DNA of 62,655 bases, counting the filler, from Pirum gemmata (taxonomy: Eukaryota): the NCBI GenBank assembly GCA_002812295.1. It is 13 parts of 13 records of this genome, joined end to end, with 100 filler letters (N's around TTAATTAATTAA, not from the genome) between each part and the next. Parts side by side here need not be neighbours in the genome. Positions count along the whole stretch, not along the records: positions 46,924 to 51,180 come from PDIN01001315.1; positions 51,281 to 55,573 come from PDIN01001316.1; positions 55,674 to 59,982 come from PDIN01001318.1; positions 60,083 to 62,655 come from PDIN01001465.1; 9 more parts are not named here. One strand, given 5' to 3'. The notes beneath the pieces were generated by a model. The model worked only from the letters and a program-made list of their open reading frames with translations, was not told the DNA's origin and ran no database searches. Both the position numbers and the translations under genes were made by a program. This document shows, one piece after another, positions 49,685 to 62,655 of this stretch (within the stretch, counting starts at the first letter, position 1; every line of letters starts with the position of its first letter).

Positions 49685-49945
49685 AGGGTAGGGTTAGGAT
49701 TAGGGTTAGGATTAGGGTATTAGGGTTAGGGTTACTCTAGGGCTAGGGTTAGGGTTAGGGTTAAGTTTAAGGTTAGGGTTAGCGTTAGCGTTAGCCTTAG
49801 GGTTATGGTTAGGGTTAGAGTTAGGGTTAGGGTTAGGGTTAGGGTTAGGGTTAGGGTTAGCGTTAGCATTAACATTAGCGTTAGGGGTTAGGGTTAGGGT
49901 TAAGGTTAGGGTTAGATTAAGGTTAAGGTTAGGGTTTATAGGGTT
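49685..49945 (+). repeat. Interstitial telomeric tract
   Basis: Degenerate (TTAGGG)n. Other tracts at about 17532-17604, 18986-19038, 24475-24590, 25015-25130, 48929-49005, 55379-55406 and 57130-57160. Confidence 0.9.
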
Positions 49946-50288
49946 TGGTACTGTTTGGTTTTGTATTGGTTTAGTTTCGTATTAGTGTTAGGATTAAGAA
50001 GTATTAAGATTAAAAGCTAGAACTAATAAAACGTTTGGTTTTGCAGTCTATTAGAGTTTGGATCGATTAGCTAGAACTAATAAAAGGCTCATGAAGAATA
50101 AAATAGGTGCAAAGTTTTGAAATATATATGTACATTTGTTATTTTTTTGAAAAGGTAGTGAAAAAGTTCGAATATGATAACGTTCGAGCTTATTCAATTA
50201 TCATGAACAAATTTGGATGCTTCGAAAACAGGCTGTACTTGAAAAAAAAAAAAAAAAAAAAAAAAAAGAAAACAAAAAAAAAAGATAG

Positions 50289-50324
<36 letters not shown>

Positions 50325-50434
50325 TTAAAATACGAGAAAAAAACACGAAGTCAAACACAAAAACAAAAAACAATTTTTTTGTTCTTTTTTTATTTATTTA
50401 TTGCTCTTCATTTTTTTACATCTTTTAAAGAAAT

Positions 50435-50603
50435 ATGCAAATTCTTACAGGCTGCTTATCTGTAGCAGTAATTTTTAGCTCTGTTACTACTGCTTTTCAA
50501 TGTACCGAGGGAAACATTGCTATTGCTACCAGTAATGGATTATGGTCCAAACACTCCAAAGTTAATGAAATTGTCGATGTTCATGATGTTGTGGTTGAAA
50601 ATG
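50435..50603 (+). CDS. First exon of a secreted protein of unknown family
   Basis: MQILTGCLSVAVIFSSVTTAFQCTEGNIAIATSNGLWSKHSKVNEIVDVHDVVVEN(G), then a GTAAGT donor and an intron-like tract. Confidence 0.65.
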
Positions 50604-50972
50604 GTAAGTAGGACTATTTCAATATTTTTTTTTCCCTTGTTAATTGTATTGTTTTATAATTATAATAATTAAAAGAATTAGAATGATTATGAATAAGAAT
50701 TAGTGCTATATATAATTAGGGTAAATATGTATAAACTAAGATAGTATTAGAAGTGTTAGGTAATAGTTTTCGTTGTTTTAATGGGTTAGTAATAATATGG
50801 TTTTTATTTCGTTATCGTTGTTGGCATTGCTTTTGTTTATTGTATTGTCATTGTGATTATATATAATGTTATTTTTATTACTATAGTATTATATAACCAG
50901 TTATTTTTTATTGTTGCAATTATTATTGTTATTTTGTTGCTGTTTGTTTTATTATTATTTTACTATTGTTAC

Positions 50973-51025
<53 letters not shown>

Positions 51026-51148
51026 TATTATTATGTAATTCGTTTAACATCAACGTCTGTATACTATAAGAATTGCCATCGGTAATGCCAAAATCCAAAT
51101 GTATATTCTTCAACATCGTCAACAAACATATTCATCAGCTTTAGTATC

Positions 51149-51180
<32 letters not shown>

Positions 51181-52145
51181 NNNNNNNNNNNNNNNNNNNN
51201 NNNNNNNNNNNNNNNNNNNNNNNNTTAATTAATTAANNNNNNNNNNNNNNNNNNNNNNNNNNNNNNNNNNNNNNNNNNNNAAAAAGCTACAAACCTTAAA
51301 AATATGGCTTTTATTGGTACAAGTATGAACACGAAAGAAAAAATTCGAAATAGCCAGATACGGGAAAATCCATCGAGACTAGTTCGAAATTTTCGAAATT
51401 TTTCAATCTAATTTTAAGTATTGACTCACTTTTGATTTCATTAAAAAATTCTTAAAAATTCTTAGAAATTTCATAGAAAGAACTTGAAACTTGAAAAAAA
51501 AAGAAATCCATTTCAAAATTGTCACTATTTAATAATTAGGATCGGGCTGTTTGATTCGATTATGTTTTCCCATATCTCCTATGACTGAAAACTTGTGGCT
51601 GAAAAATTAGCGAAATGAATTGCTTGTAGCTTTTTTGGCTGAATTTTTTTTCTTAATCTGTCTGTTTCAGCATTAATTATATCATTTGGCAAATGTATTA
51701 AATACAATAATAATAATAATAATAGTAATATACCTATTTCTATTCTTTTCTTAATTGTAATTAGTTTGTTAATAAATAAATAAAGATATACGATCAATTT
51801 TATTATTTTTACAAAGATTTTTTATTGTAAAGTTGATTAGCTATCAATTGTTTGTTTTTTAATTTTAATTTTCTTTGAATTTTCTATAAAGCCTTAGAGG
51901 GTAAATTATTATAGCTCGACTTTTTTTAATACTACCACATATTTCTTTCCTGGTTATAATATGGGTTACATTACTAGTGGAATAATTTTTAGCAGCAATA
52001 CATGTGCAAAAGTTTTATTCATTTTAAACTTATAGTTTTTAGCACTGTTATTTTTAGCACATTAAACAATTTGGAATGTTTTTTTTTAACATTTTGATAT
52101 TCGAAAGAGTCTTGAAATATTCTCTTTAATAAAATAATATTCCAA

Positions 52146-52375
52146 GGAGATGGATGCGGGAAAAACCCATCGAATAGAGACTAGTTCGAAACTTTCGAAA
52201 TGTTTCCATCTAATTTCAAGTATTGACTCACTTTTGATTTCATTAAATTTTGATTTCATTACAAAATTCATAGAAAAAACTTGATCTCTAAAAAAAAGGA
52301 ATTTCATTTCAAAATTGTACTATTTAACATTTAGGATCGAGCTGTTTGATTCGATTATGTTTTCCCGTATCTCCC
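52146..52375 (+). mobile_element. MITE family H
   Basis: Imperfect TIR GGAGAT..CGGGAAAA ... TTTTCCCGTATCTCC. Copies at about 51355-51579 and 17838-17976 (opposite orientation, truncated by a linker). Confidence 0.7.
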
Positions 52376-53157
52376 AACAAGAAAACTTCTCTAATGTGTT
52401 CCTGTTGTGTGGTTTTACCTCGTTTTCTTCAAGAGTAACAACACAAAATATAGTTATTGGCATTTATGGTGTCAGTATCAATTATAGCACATTCAATGAA
52501 GTATTTTTTTTTTTAAAAATAACTTAATAATAAAATTAGCTCTAGTTACATAATTTTTATAGTGAATCGAGGTGATGCCATTCGGTTGGTATAGGGAGCT
52601 GATGCCATTTGGCTGATACGGGGAACAATATAGGATAGCTAATATACCGGTTGAAACACTAAAAAAAGTCTTTTCTTAATGTTAAGACCAAATTACATTT
52701 ATGTATCCCCTCCTAAAACTAACCCTGACCCTTTAATATGTAAGTTTTAATTATTAGCTTATTCATTTAAAGCACTATAGTTCATAAATTTTTACTAATT
52801 AACCAAAATGTGGTAAGCAAGTTCTTTCTCAGATCTTTATCCAAGAGCAGTGCAATGACTAATTTTGTTTATATATATATATATATATATAAATTTAAAT
52901 TTTGTGCACTGTTATGAAACTAATGAGAAGGCATGCTTAGATGCGCAGAAAATTGGGGTGTTAGTTCCCCTACCCTATTTTTTTTTTTGTTGTTGTTGTC
53001 ACAGCAAATGGGTTAGGGACTGATATATCTAAGCTAGGAGGGGGGTCTAAAGATTACACTATAGCTAGTTTTAGTTTGCTGTTGCATATCAATAAGTAAA
53101 AGTCAAAAACTACGTAACATTAATTCACTCATTTTTTAAGAACCGAGTACTGTGCGC

Positions 53158-53189
<32 letters not shown>

Positions 53190-53359
53190 GTTCGTTTGGT
53201 TGACTTTTTTTCGAGCGAGCTCCTTTGGGTTTAAAACTGTGTTTGCCGATTCGATCACTCGTTCGAAAAAAAATTTGAGCAAACGGATAATTTTTTTTTT
53301 TGTGCAGGCAAGAAATCGGTTCATAAAAAAAAAAAACGATACAGTAACCTATATTTATA

Positions 53360-53604
53360 TTACTTCGGTTCAGCTTGGTTATTAGTAGAAGAACAAGTAT
53401 CAGTAGGAAAAGCAGATGAGATGGCAGTAGTAATAGTATTACCAGTAGTAGTACTACTAGTAGTAGTTGATGCAGTAATTGTATTACTAATAGCACTGGT
53501 AGGTGTGGTGTCATTAGCGTCTTTTTTCTGTTTTCTTGGTGCAGTTGGAGGAGGAGCACATTTAGGGGAGCCGGCAGGAGAAAACGGTTTAACAACTGGG
53601 GGAG
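53360..53604 (-). CDS. Probable terminal exon, Pro/Thr/Ser-rich
   Basis: AAG acceptor, then PPVVKPFSPAGSPKCAPPPTAPRKQKKD...NNQAEPK-stop. Upstream exons are not convincingly present. Confidence 0.4.
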
Positions 53605-54087
53605 CTTAAGTATATTATGTGTAAATAATAAGAAAAAAAGGGTTAGGTACTTTAATTTAAAATTGGTTTATTTTGTAATTTTTGAATTTTTGAGCTCAGT
53701 TTTTGAACCTTATATGAGAAGAAGGTCGATTTTTATCTGACTTTGTATAGGCCCCGGGGGGGGGGGGGTCTACTCTTTGTATCATAGTTTTTATAAAATT
53801 TAATAATAATTATAATAATATTATAATAAATATACTTAAAAAAAAATATATTTAGATATAATTATAATAATATATTTTTTGTAAGAAAACCCAAGTAAAC
53901 GACTACAAGTTTTAATAAAATTTTTAATAAAAGAATAAATAAATAAATGTTAAACTAAAAATTTTAAAATACAGGAGAAAATTTCATTTTAGAAAAATAA
54001 ATGTATATATATATATGTGTGTGTGTGTGAATTGATAAATAGGTATCCAAATAAACCACAGTGTTAGTAATAAATAAGTAAATAAAA

Positions 54088-55053
54088 ATGAGACAAGAAT
54101 CGGAAAAGTCCATGGTAGAGTTCGTAAATAAATCGGATGATAAGCTACCAAATTCGAGTGAATCCCCCTCTTTAGAAGTGCACACAAAAAAAAAATCAAA
54201 TATTAATATTGGCAACAATGATAATGATAATATTAGTAATAATAGCAATTTACCTGAGGCAGGTAGTATTGGTAAGTGTATTATTGTTTTTAATTATGTT
54301 TATGGTGCATTAATCCCTAACCCTAACTCTAACCCCTTTTACTAACCACAGCCCTTTTTCCTAACCCCGACCCCTTATCCTAACCCTAACCCTAACCCCA
54401 ACCTAATCTTAACCACCTATTCTATTCCTAACCCCTTATCCTTACCCTAATCCCTTATTCTAACCCTAACCTCTTATCCTAACCCTAACCCCTTATCCTA
54501 ACCCTAACCCCTTATCCTAACCCTAACCCTAACCCTAACCCCAACCCTAACCCTGACCCCTTATCCTAACCCTGACCCCTTATCCTAACCCTAACCCCTT
54601 ATCCTAACCCTAACCTCTTATCCTAACCCTAACTGTTGCCCCTTATCCTAACCCTAGCCCTAACCCTAACCCCAACCCTTACCCTAACCCCTTATCCTAA
54701 CCCTAACCCCCTTTTCTAACCCTAACCCCTTACCCTAACCCTAACTTTTGCCCCTTATCCTAACCCTAACCCTAACCCTAACCCCAACACTAACCCTGAC
54801 CCCAACACTAACCCTAACCCCAACACTAACCCTAACCCCAACACTAACCCTAACCCCAACACTAACCCTACCCCAACACTAGCTTAACCCCAACACTAGC
54901 CTAACCCCAACACTAGCCTAACTCCAACGCGCTAACGCACACTCTTTCCTTCTAGGTGCTATTGATCTTGCAGCGGACACTTCTGAAGATGAAATGCCAG
55001 GGTTAAGACCTAGTGTGTCGAGGAGAAGCGGGGCAGCTATCAATGTTGAAGAT
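54088..55053 (+). CDS. Two exons of an unknown gene separated by a telomere-repeat-filled intron
   Basis: Exon 54088-54271 (MRQESEKS...EAGSI) ends at GTAAGT. A CTTCTAG acceptor opens exon 54956-55053 in frame (GAIDLAADTSEDEMPGLRPSVSRRSGAAINVED), followed by GTAAGT. Confidence 0.65.
54314..54925 (-). repeat. Intronic CCCTAA-derived higher-order repeat
   Basis: Units such as CCCCTTATCCTAACCCTAA and CCCCAACACTAACCCTAA. Confidence 0.9.
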
Positions 55054-55684
55054 GTAAGTAAAAGAAGTTTTTCAAGTAAGTTTCTTTTAGGTTGTTTTGT
55101 TGTCTTTGTTATTATCATAGTTTTCAAGGATTTTGTATCTTCAAATATATATACTGGCATTCTTTAAATAAAAAGTGAATAAGTATTTATTCAAAGTTAA
55201 ACAGATTGTAACTAATAAATACATTATACAATTAATTTTGTAGTATTTTATTTTATTTTATTTTTCACAAGGCAAAATAACTGAAAGACACTATTAACAT
55301 GCTTATAGATCTCATATGATGGACACTTTCCTTCTTTATTCGAAAAATTCAATTATTTAAATACTATTATTAATACTAAACCCTAACCCTAACCTTAAAC
55401 CTTAACTTATAATAGAGAGATTTAAAATTGTATTTTCAGAAAAGGTTCATGTACGAAAACGCTTTATTCTTGTATTTATAAAGTTCATCGCTAGGTACTA
55501 ATATTAGTAGCAGGCCATAGTCATTTTAATAATAAATAAATATTTAGTGTTTTCTAACTAATAATAATAATAANNNNNNNNNNNNNNNNNNNNNNNNNNN
55601 NNNNNNNNNNNNNNNNNTTAATTAATTAANNNNNNNNNNNNNNNNNNNNNNNNNNNNNNNNNNNNNNNNNNNNATAATATAATA

Positions 55685-55715
<31 letters not shown>

Positions 55716-57470
55716 TGTTCTATATGCTATTATCAGCTCGAAAATGTTCAAATATGCTCAAATATATGTAAATAATTATATTCGATTTTTAAAGAAATGA
55801 AAATCAATTTTTCTCGATAAAAATTTTTTTTTACCACATAAATAAAGATTCCAAAGTTTTATCATGATTAATGAATTTCCCCCTATGTTTTTTCGAACAA
55901 AATACATATGTTCGAGCTTATGTAATTACTTATATTTAAATAATCGAACAGCGGTCAGCTTTTTCGTATACCCTTTTTTCTCGATGTTTTTTTTTTTTTT
56001 TCGACAAGAGTGGGGTTTTCGGTCGGTTTTTAGTATTTTAACCCCGATTTAAATTACTCGATCATTTAAAAAAAAAATCAAAAAATAATAATAGGAGAAT
56101 ATGATTCGGGACCTTTTCCTTCATCGATCCGACTCAAAAAATATGAAGCCGAGCCCTCATAGGGGTAGTTTAAAGTGATGTTACGGTATAATGGAAAAGT
56201 CGGATTTGACAACCCTGGACTAGATTTTTCCAGTTCATTTTTCTCCTCCGTAACGCCAATTTCCAGTCAAACACAGCTTCAAATACCCCTACCTACCTAC
56301 CCCTTGACGTTAATTTTCGGTCAAATACCGCCTACCTACCTTCCCCTTGACGTAACGTATTAACGCTCCTTTAGTACCTATATACTATACTATATACTAC
56401 CTATATCATATCGATAGCATTTTTCTCTGGGCCGAGCTCCTATAGTAGCTACTAGCTAGCCCACTACTCTCAGAGTTACTACTAGAGGAGCCAATAGTAT
56501 TCTTTATTTTATAGGATTTTTAAAAGAGTTTTTTAAAACTTCCAAATATACAAAAAAAAAATGTGGAAATCAAATGGGAAATCGAACTGAGGGGAGAATT
56601 ATTATGAAGTGAAGAGATATAAACCAATGATTGAAAAAAATAGACAATAGCTCTGAGTAGCAGCTACTAGCTACTACCAGTTTACTCTACTAGCCAGTTT
56701 ACCTCTAGCTAGTAGTAGGTTAGTTTACTCTGCCAGTATTGTGCTTTTCATCCGAATATTTATTTGGCTGTTTATAATATATAAATTGATACTTTTAAAT
56801 AAATAAATATATAATAAAATATACCAAATTAAATGAAATGGATTTATATTATATTAATTTGGTATCATTTATTTTATATTTTATGATGACAAAACAACTG
56901 AAAAGCACGATAGCTACTAGACTCATTTTTTATTTATAACTTGTATAAATCGTCAAATAATACGTCACGTCAAGGGGTAGGTAGGTAGGTGGTATTTGAC
57001 CGGAAATAAACGCCAAGTGGTAGGTAGGCAGGTAGGGGTATTTGAAGCTGTACTTGACCGGAAATTGGCGTTACGTAGTAGTTGAATGCCCCCTTATAAT
57101 ATAATAGAAATAGGAAACCATAATTGAGGGGTTAGAGTTAGAGTTAGAGTTGGGGTTAGGGCTACAATATATGGACACTTTTTGCGGGTAAACAGATAAT
57201 TGAAAACTGGTACTTTTGTATTCAGTGACTATTCAGTGCTATTATATAATTCTTTATAAATAAATTTTATATTTATTGATAAATTCACATTGTCATGTAC
57301 AATACAACCATAATCGAAACTTGTAGTCTATGATGAAACTCCCAACTTCTCCCCTCAATATTAATACATCCATTCCTAAAACATGATTATTAACTATTAA
57401 TTAAAATATAATTGCCTTTACAATTTATAAATCGAAAAATTCGTAGTTTAGTTTTTTTTTTTTTTTTTAG

Positions 57471-57719
57471 CAGCCAAGCTGGATAAAACTGTAATAATTA
57501 TAAATCATTTTTTTTTTTAGACTTCTTTACAAATTATAACTAGCCAAATTATTTTTAAAAACTGGCCATTGGTTCATAATACAGTTTTGTTAGTATTAAA
57601 AACGTTTTTTCAAATTTACTTTTTGGTAGTACTTTCATTAAAATTGGAGCATTTTGAGATTTCTCCGATTTTGAGCTCATATTATGGCGGATGTCGCAAT
57701 TTTTTATCCGGCTTGACTG
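57471..57719 (+). mobile_element. Tc1/mariner-like MITE (family G)
   Basis: TIR CAGCCAAGCTGGATAAAA ... TTTTATCCGGCTTGACTG. Related internal sequence at about 48660-48890 and 59665-59885. Confidence 0.7.
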
Positions 57720-58379
57720 TTAAAAAAAAATATGACCAGATTACTCGATCGAAGTTTTTTTAGCAACTCTTATTAAGTTAGCTACTATTTAAATTTAAAA
57801 AAAAACTAGGCTCGAATTTCGAACAGTTTTTTATTTTTATTTTTTTTAGAAAGGAATTCAAATAGTTAGCTGTTTTTAGGGCTTCTAGCTAGTAGCTACC
57901 ACTAGCTAGTAGTAGCTAATAGTAGTCGTCTGTCTCCCTCTAACCCCTAGCTAGTCTATCGATACTACTAGCTAGCTACGGTAGCTAGGGAGCGTTCAAA
58001 TAATACGTCACGTCAAGGGGAAGGTAGGTAGGCGGTATTTGACCGGAAATTAACGTCAAGGGGTAGGCAGGTAGGGGTATTTGAAGCCGTGTTTGAACCG
58101 GAAATTGGCGTTACGTTGAAGGCTCCCCTACTGTAGCTAGCTATCGATAGCTAGCTATCAATAGTCTACCTAGCTGGTACTGTAACGCTTTTCATTTATT
58201 TTGTCACTCCGAATATTTATTTGGTTGGTTATAATTTTTAATTGACATTGTTAAAAATGAATAAATGGATAATAAAATATACCAAATTAAATGAAATGGA
58301 TTTATATTGTATTAATTTGGTACTCTTTATTGTATGATATATTTTATGATGACAAAACTACCAGTGAGTTAGCCTATCA

Positions 58380-58920
58380 TAGTAGCGATCGTTGAAGTAT
58401 CATATCGTGGTAACTATCGATACTACTAGCTAGCTAGCTATGATAGCTATAGCTATTATAGCTAGCTACTGTAGAGAGGTAGGTAGCTGCAGTAGGTAGC
58501 TGGGGGTCTAGCTAGCTAGAGTAGCTAGAGCTACGATAGCTAGTAGCTACTAGAGCTAACTAGCTAGTAGTAGGGTGTAGGGTGTCTATAGTAGACTGCG
58601 GGTAGCCGGTTACGGTATCATAGATAAGGTATCGTGTTTTTCAATAGTGTTGTCCAGTTCAAAAACTGAAATAAGCTTACCAAATTATAATTAATTGGTA
58701 ATGTTTTAACTAATTTGATATTTAATATAGTGATTTTATATTTATAAAAAAGTTCAATTATACAATTGAACGGTGCCAAATTAAAGATAGAAAGGACAAA
58801 GCTAGTAGCTAGCTAGCTAGACGGGGTCTACTAGTAGCTAGAGCCAGTCGTTTAGTAGCCTAGCTAGTCCTTGCTAGCTATAGCTCCGCTATAGCTAGCT
58901 ACAACTAGCTAGTCTAGCTA
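58380..58920. repeat. CTAG/TAG-rich self-complementary filler sequence (example tract)
   Basis: Aperiodic mosaic of CTAG, TAGC, TAGT, GATA and AGAC words. Similar tracts at about 5970-6045, 7400-7575, 18245-18480, 19600-19690, 21600-21700, 23280-23350, 29370-29480, 49100-49280, 57880-57990, 59110-59300, 60500-60630, 61260-61570 and 62040-62655. Confidence 0.85.
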
Positions 58921-60144
58921 ATTATTTTGCTTAGCAACACTTTAGTTAGCAACACTTTAGCATCGTTGTTGGGAATCTAAAGTGCGGGAATGAATTTTTC
59001 GCAAAGAGACTGCGCGGAGAGGGCATATTTCTCTTTTTTTTGTACGATAGAGAAACGTTTTTGAGGCCATTTACAAATAAGAAAAAAAAAAAATCGCATC
59101 CAGAATAAACAAACAGACTAGCTAGTCTAGCTAGTAGCTAGTCAGAACTGAGACTACACACACAGACTACAGACTAGCTAGACTCTAGCTAGCTATTAGC
59201 TATCATAGCTAGTAGCTATGATACTATCATAGGTACTACTGATAGGTATCGATACTACTACTACTACTAGCTAGGTAGTAGGTAGGTAGCTAGCAACGTG
59301 TCTTGGCCAGTAGTAGACTTTTTTTTGGTTTTTTTTTGTTTGTTTATTTGTTTTTTTCTGCTTTTTTTCTGAGATCCTTTTTTAGCTTTTTAGTCCTTTA
59401 TTTAGTAATATATTCCAATACTCCTTTTTTATACCGTATGATAAAGTATACAATAAATAGTACCAAATTAATAAAATATAAACCCATTTAATTTAATCTG
59501 GTATATTTTATTATCTATGTATTGATTTAAAAATGACAATTTAAAGATTATAACCCTCCAAATAAATATTCAGAGTGATAAAATAAATGAAAATATTTTA
59601 CATTTTTATCTACCGGTCTACTAGCTACCAATCTGAACTTCTTTTTTTTTAACTAGCAAGACTAACAAGCCGGATACTGTAGAAATCATTTTTTTTTAGA
59701 CTTCTTTTCTAACATCTTTAATGTTAACCAGCCAAATTATTTTTAAAAATTGTTTATTGGCTCATAATAGAGTTTTCTTAGTTAAACTGTTTCTCAAAAT
59801 TTGGTACTAAATAGGTAGTACCTTCATTGAAATCGGTGCATTTTGAGTTTTTGGGATTTTTGAGCTGTGTTGCATTTTTATACGGTTTGGTATGATTAGT
59901 TAAAATAATAAAGAAAAAAATGGTATGAATAGATAGAAAGCTGAGTTTCAGAAAGATTATTATTATTATTATTATTATTATTNNNNNNNNNNNNNNNNNN
60001 NNNNNNNNNNNNNNNNNNNNNNNNNNTTAATTAATTAANNNNNNNNNNNNNNNNNNNNNNNNNNNNNNNNNNNNNNNNNNNNTAATAATAATAATAATAG
60101 TAATAATAACAATAACAAAGATGACAATACAATAATGATAATAC

Positions 60145-60235
60145 CAAAATGACTGGCTATAGTTCCATGCGCAGGTACTTTTGGGGCAGATTTCTCACCC
60201 TCTCCTCGAGGTACGAAAAACTGGGTTATTTTCAT
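60145..60235 (-). CDS. Possible first exon of an unknown protein
   Basis: MKITQFFVPRGEGEKSAPKVPAHGTIASHF(G), then a GTATT donor and a low-complexity intron-like tract to the contig end. Confidence 0.45.
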
Positions 60236-62655
60236 CTCGGCAAGAATGAAATAATCACATAAGACAAGAAAGAAACTATAAAAAAATATGTTGTTTATTT
60301 TTTTTATTGATTTACACAAACATGTATAATATAATTATAATATTAATAAACAAAAAACAATTTTTAAAAAACAATTTGTTTTTTTATTTTTTTGGTTTTT
60401 TCATTTTTATGTTTTGTATCTACTAGCTAGTATGATAATATTATCATAGTTTAGTGTTATCCCCCGATATTAATATTGATATTGATATTACTATTACTAG
60501 CTAGCTAGACCCCTAGCTAGTAGACCCCCAGTTCTATGTGTCATTATTGTCCTTCTACTAGCTAGTCTAGGACTAGCTAGACTATCATCTGACTATCATC
60601 CTTTATATTGTCATAGTCTAGTCTAGCTAGACTATTTTTAAAAAAAAGTTATTTCATCATAAAACATACAATAAAGAGTACCAGATTAATACGATAAAAA
60701 TCGATTTAATTTAATTTGGTATGTTTTATTATATATTATACTCATTAAAATATGTCAATTCGAAATGTTATAATCCACCAAATAAATATTGAGAATGACA
60801 AAATAAATGAAAAGCCTAGGCCTGAAAAAGCTCCTGAAAAACTCCTGAAAAGCACAATATTTTTATAGACGACTAGCTAGCTCTGCTAGCTAGCTAGCTA
60901 GTAGAGTTACTAGTAGACCAATAGACTATCATAATAAAATTATTATTTTTACACTGACACATCAAATTTGGCGCCAAAATTCTGGGGCTTGAAAATATTT
61001 TTGGGTACAAGTAGCTACCAGAGTAGGAGTACTACTAGCTAGTACGGAGTAGTAGACTCTATCGTGCTTTTCAGTTATTTTGTCGTCATAAAATATACAA
61101 TAAATAGTACCAAATTAATACAATATAAATCCATTTCATTTAATTTGGTATATTTTATTATATATTTATTTATTTAAAAGTATCAATTTAAATATTATAA
61201 ACAACCAGATAAATATTCGGAGTGACAAAATAAATGAAAAGCACAACTATTATCAGTAGTAGGTCTACTATAACCACCATAGCTAGTAGGGACTCGGGGG
61301 TCGGCAATCAGCATATCCTAGCTAGGCTAGCTAGCTAGTATCAATAGCTGGCTCTATGCTTGACTGGCTAGCTAGCTAGTGATACGGCCCTGTGGGAACC
61401 TGGAGTCCTGGAGTCCTACTAGCTAGCTAGAGCTAGCAAGTATCGAGTAAGTATCGACAGTAGTAAGAGCTACTATAATTCTGCCCTCCAGGCTCCAGTA
61501 GTCTAGAGAGCTAGCCGCTAACCTGTAACCTGGAGCCTGGCTAGGCCTCTGCTAGGCCTGGCTAGGTTCAATGGATAAAAATAAATACCAATTAGCCACA
61601 AGTTTTTCATTATTATTTACTGTTTATTGGATTAGAACGTATTGGGTAATGTGAAAATGAAACAAAAAATACCTAGCAAGAAAAAATACAGTAAAAATAA
61701 AAGTAAACTGTGTAAAAAATTACTAAAAATACACTAAAAAATAGCTCTAAAAATACACTAATAAAAATACCTAGCAAGAAAAAAAATATCTAGCAAAAAA
61801 TACCTCAAAAAATACGCACTCAAACCAGCTCTCAAACAGTTCTCAAACCCCTCCTTTGAAAAATAATATCATAGACCAGCCAGCTCTCAAACCCCCTTGA
61901 AAAATAATATCATAGTTAGTCTACTCAAAATACTCAAAAATTTTAGAAATAGAAGTGAAACTTGTGAAATACTAGTGAAATATTAATTAAAAGTTGAAAT
62001 AACTATTTCAAACTATTTCACTAGTGAAATAGACATTGTAGAAGTATTATAGACTACCAGTAGACTTGAACAAAGAGTCCTCTCGAGTCTCTACTACCAC
62101 TACTAGTAGCTCTAGCTAGCTTAGTAGTCTCTACTATCGATACTATGATAGCTAGCTAGCAGAGTTAAATAGGGGGGGTGTCTATATATAAAAAATATCT
62201 GATAGTGTATCATAGTTTTTAGAAAAAGTCACAGGAAAAAGTTCAGGAAAAAAGTTGGGAGAAAAAAAATATGCATTTTAGTATTTTAGTAGGATTATAT
62301 ATACATATCAATACTATATATTATACATCGTGTTTTTCTAGTAGGTGTTTTTCAATAGTGTTTGTTGTCCAGCTCAAACGTACAAATTATGGTTAAACTA
62401 TTAGACATGTTTTAATTAATTTGATTTTTATAATTAATGTTGTATTTCAATTATACTAAAAACTTTCCAAATTAAAGAATGAGAGTAATGAAATAGACAA
62501 TATCATAGTCATACATCTGATTATATCATATGTGTATATTATATCAATATAGTGCTTGTAGTAGTAGCTACTATCAGATACTAGTAGTAGTATGTCATAG
62601 CTAGTCGACAGGAGCTACTATGATATGATAGTAGCTACCAATAGCTATAGCTGGT

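Overview
This is very AT-rich, intron-rich eukaryotic nuclear DNA. The window is not one continuous locus: 13 unrelated contig pieces, mostly about 4.3 kb, are joined by 12 artificial 100-nt linkers (N44-TTAATTAATTAA-N44), so adjacency across linkers means nothing. TTAGGG repeats, dense GT-AG introns, an Rb homologue and an integrin-beta-like tail fit a unicellular holozoan such as an ichthyosporean (inference only). Intronless genes are a bacterial-type secreted GH5 cellulase, an SPX-less Vtc4-like polyphosphate polymerase, a small secreted Cys-rich protein, and a 930-aa (vWA-TSP1)x3-TSP1-TM adhesin with an NPLF tail. Spliced partial genes are a retinoblastoma-family pocket protein, ETF-alpha, a C-terminal J-domain protein, exon 1 of homogentisate dioxygenase and several orphan exons. 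There is one tRNA-Gly(GCC) and two decayed ankyrin genes. Gene-poor contigs hold at least seven MITE families, Helitron/Helentron-like pieces, many interstitial telomeric tracts, and a self-complementary CTAG/TAG-rich filler that overwrites transposon ends. The most interesting signals are this filler with its micro-insertion-dominated decay, the TRAP/integrin-hybrid adhesin, the horizontally acquired cellulase, and a telomeric tract flanked by a 27-bp duplication.
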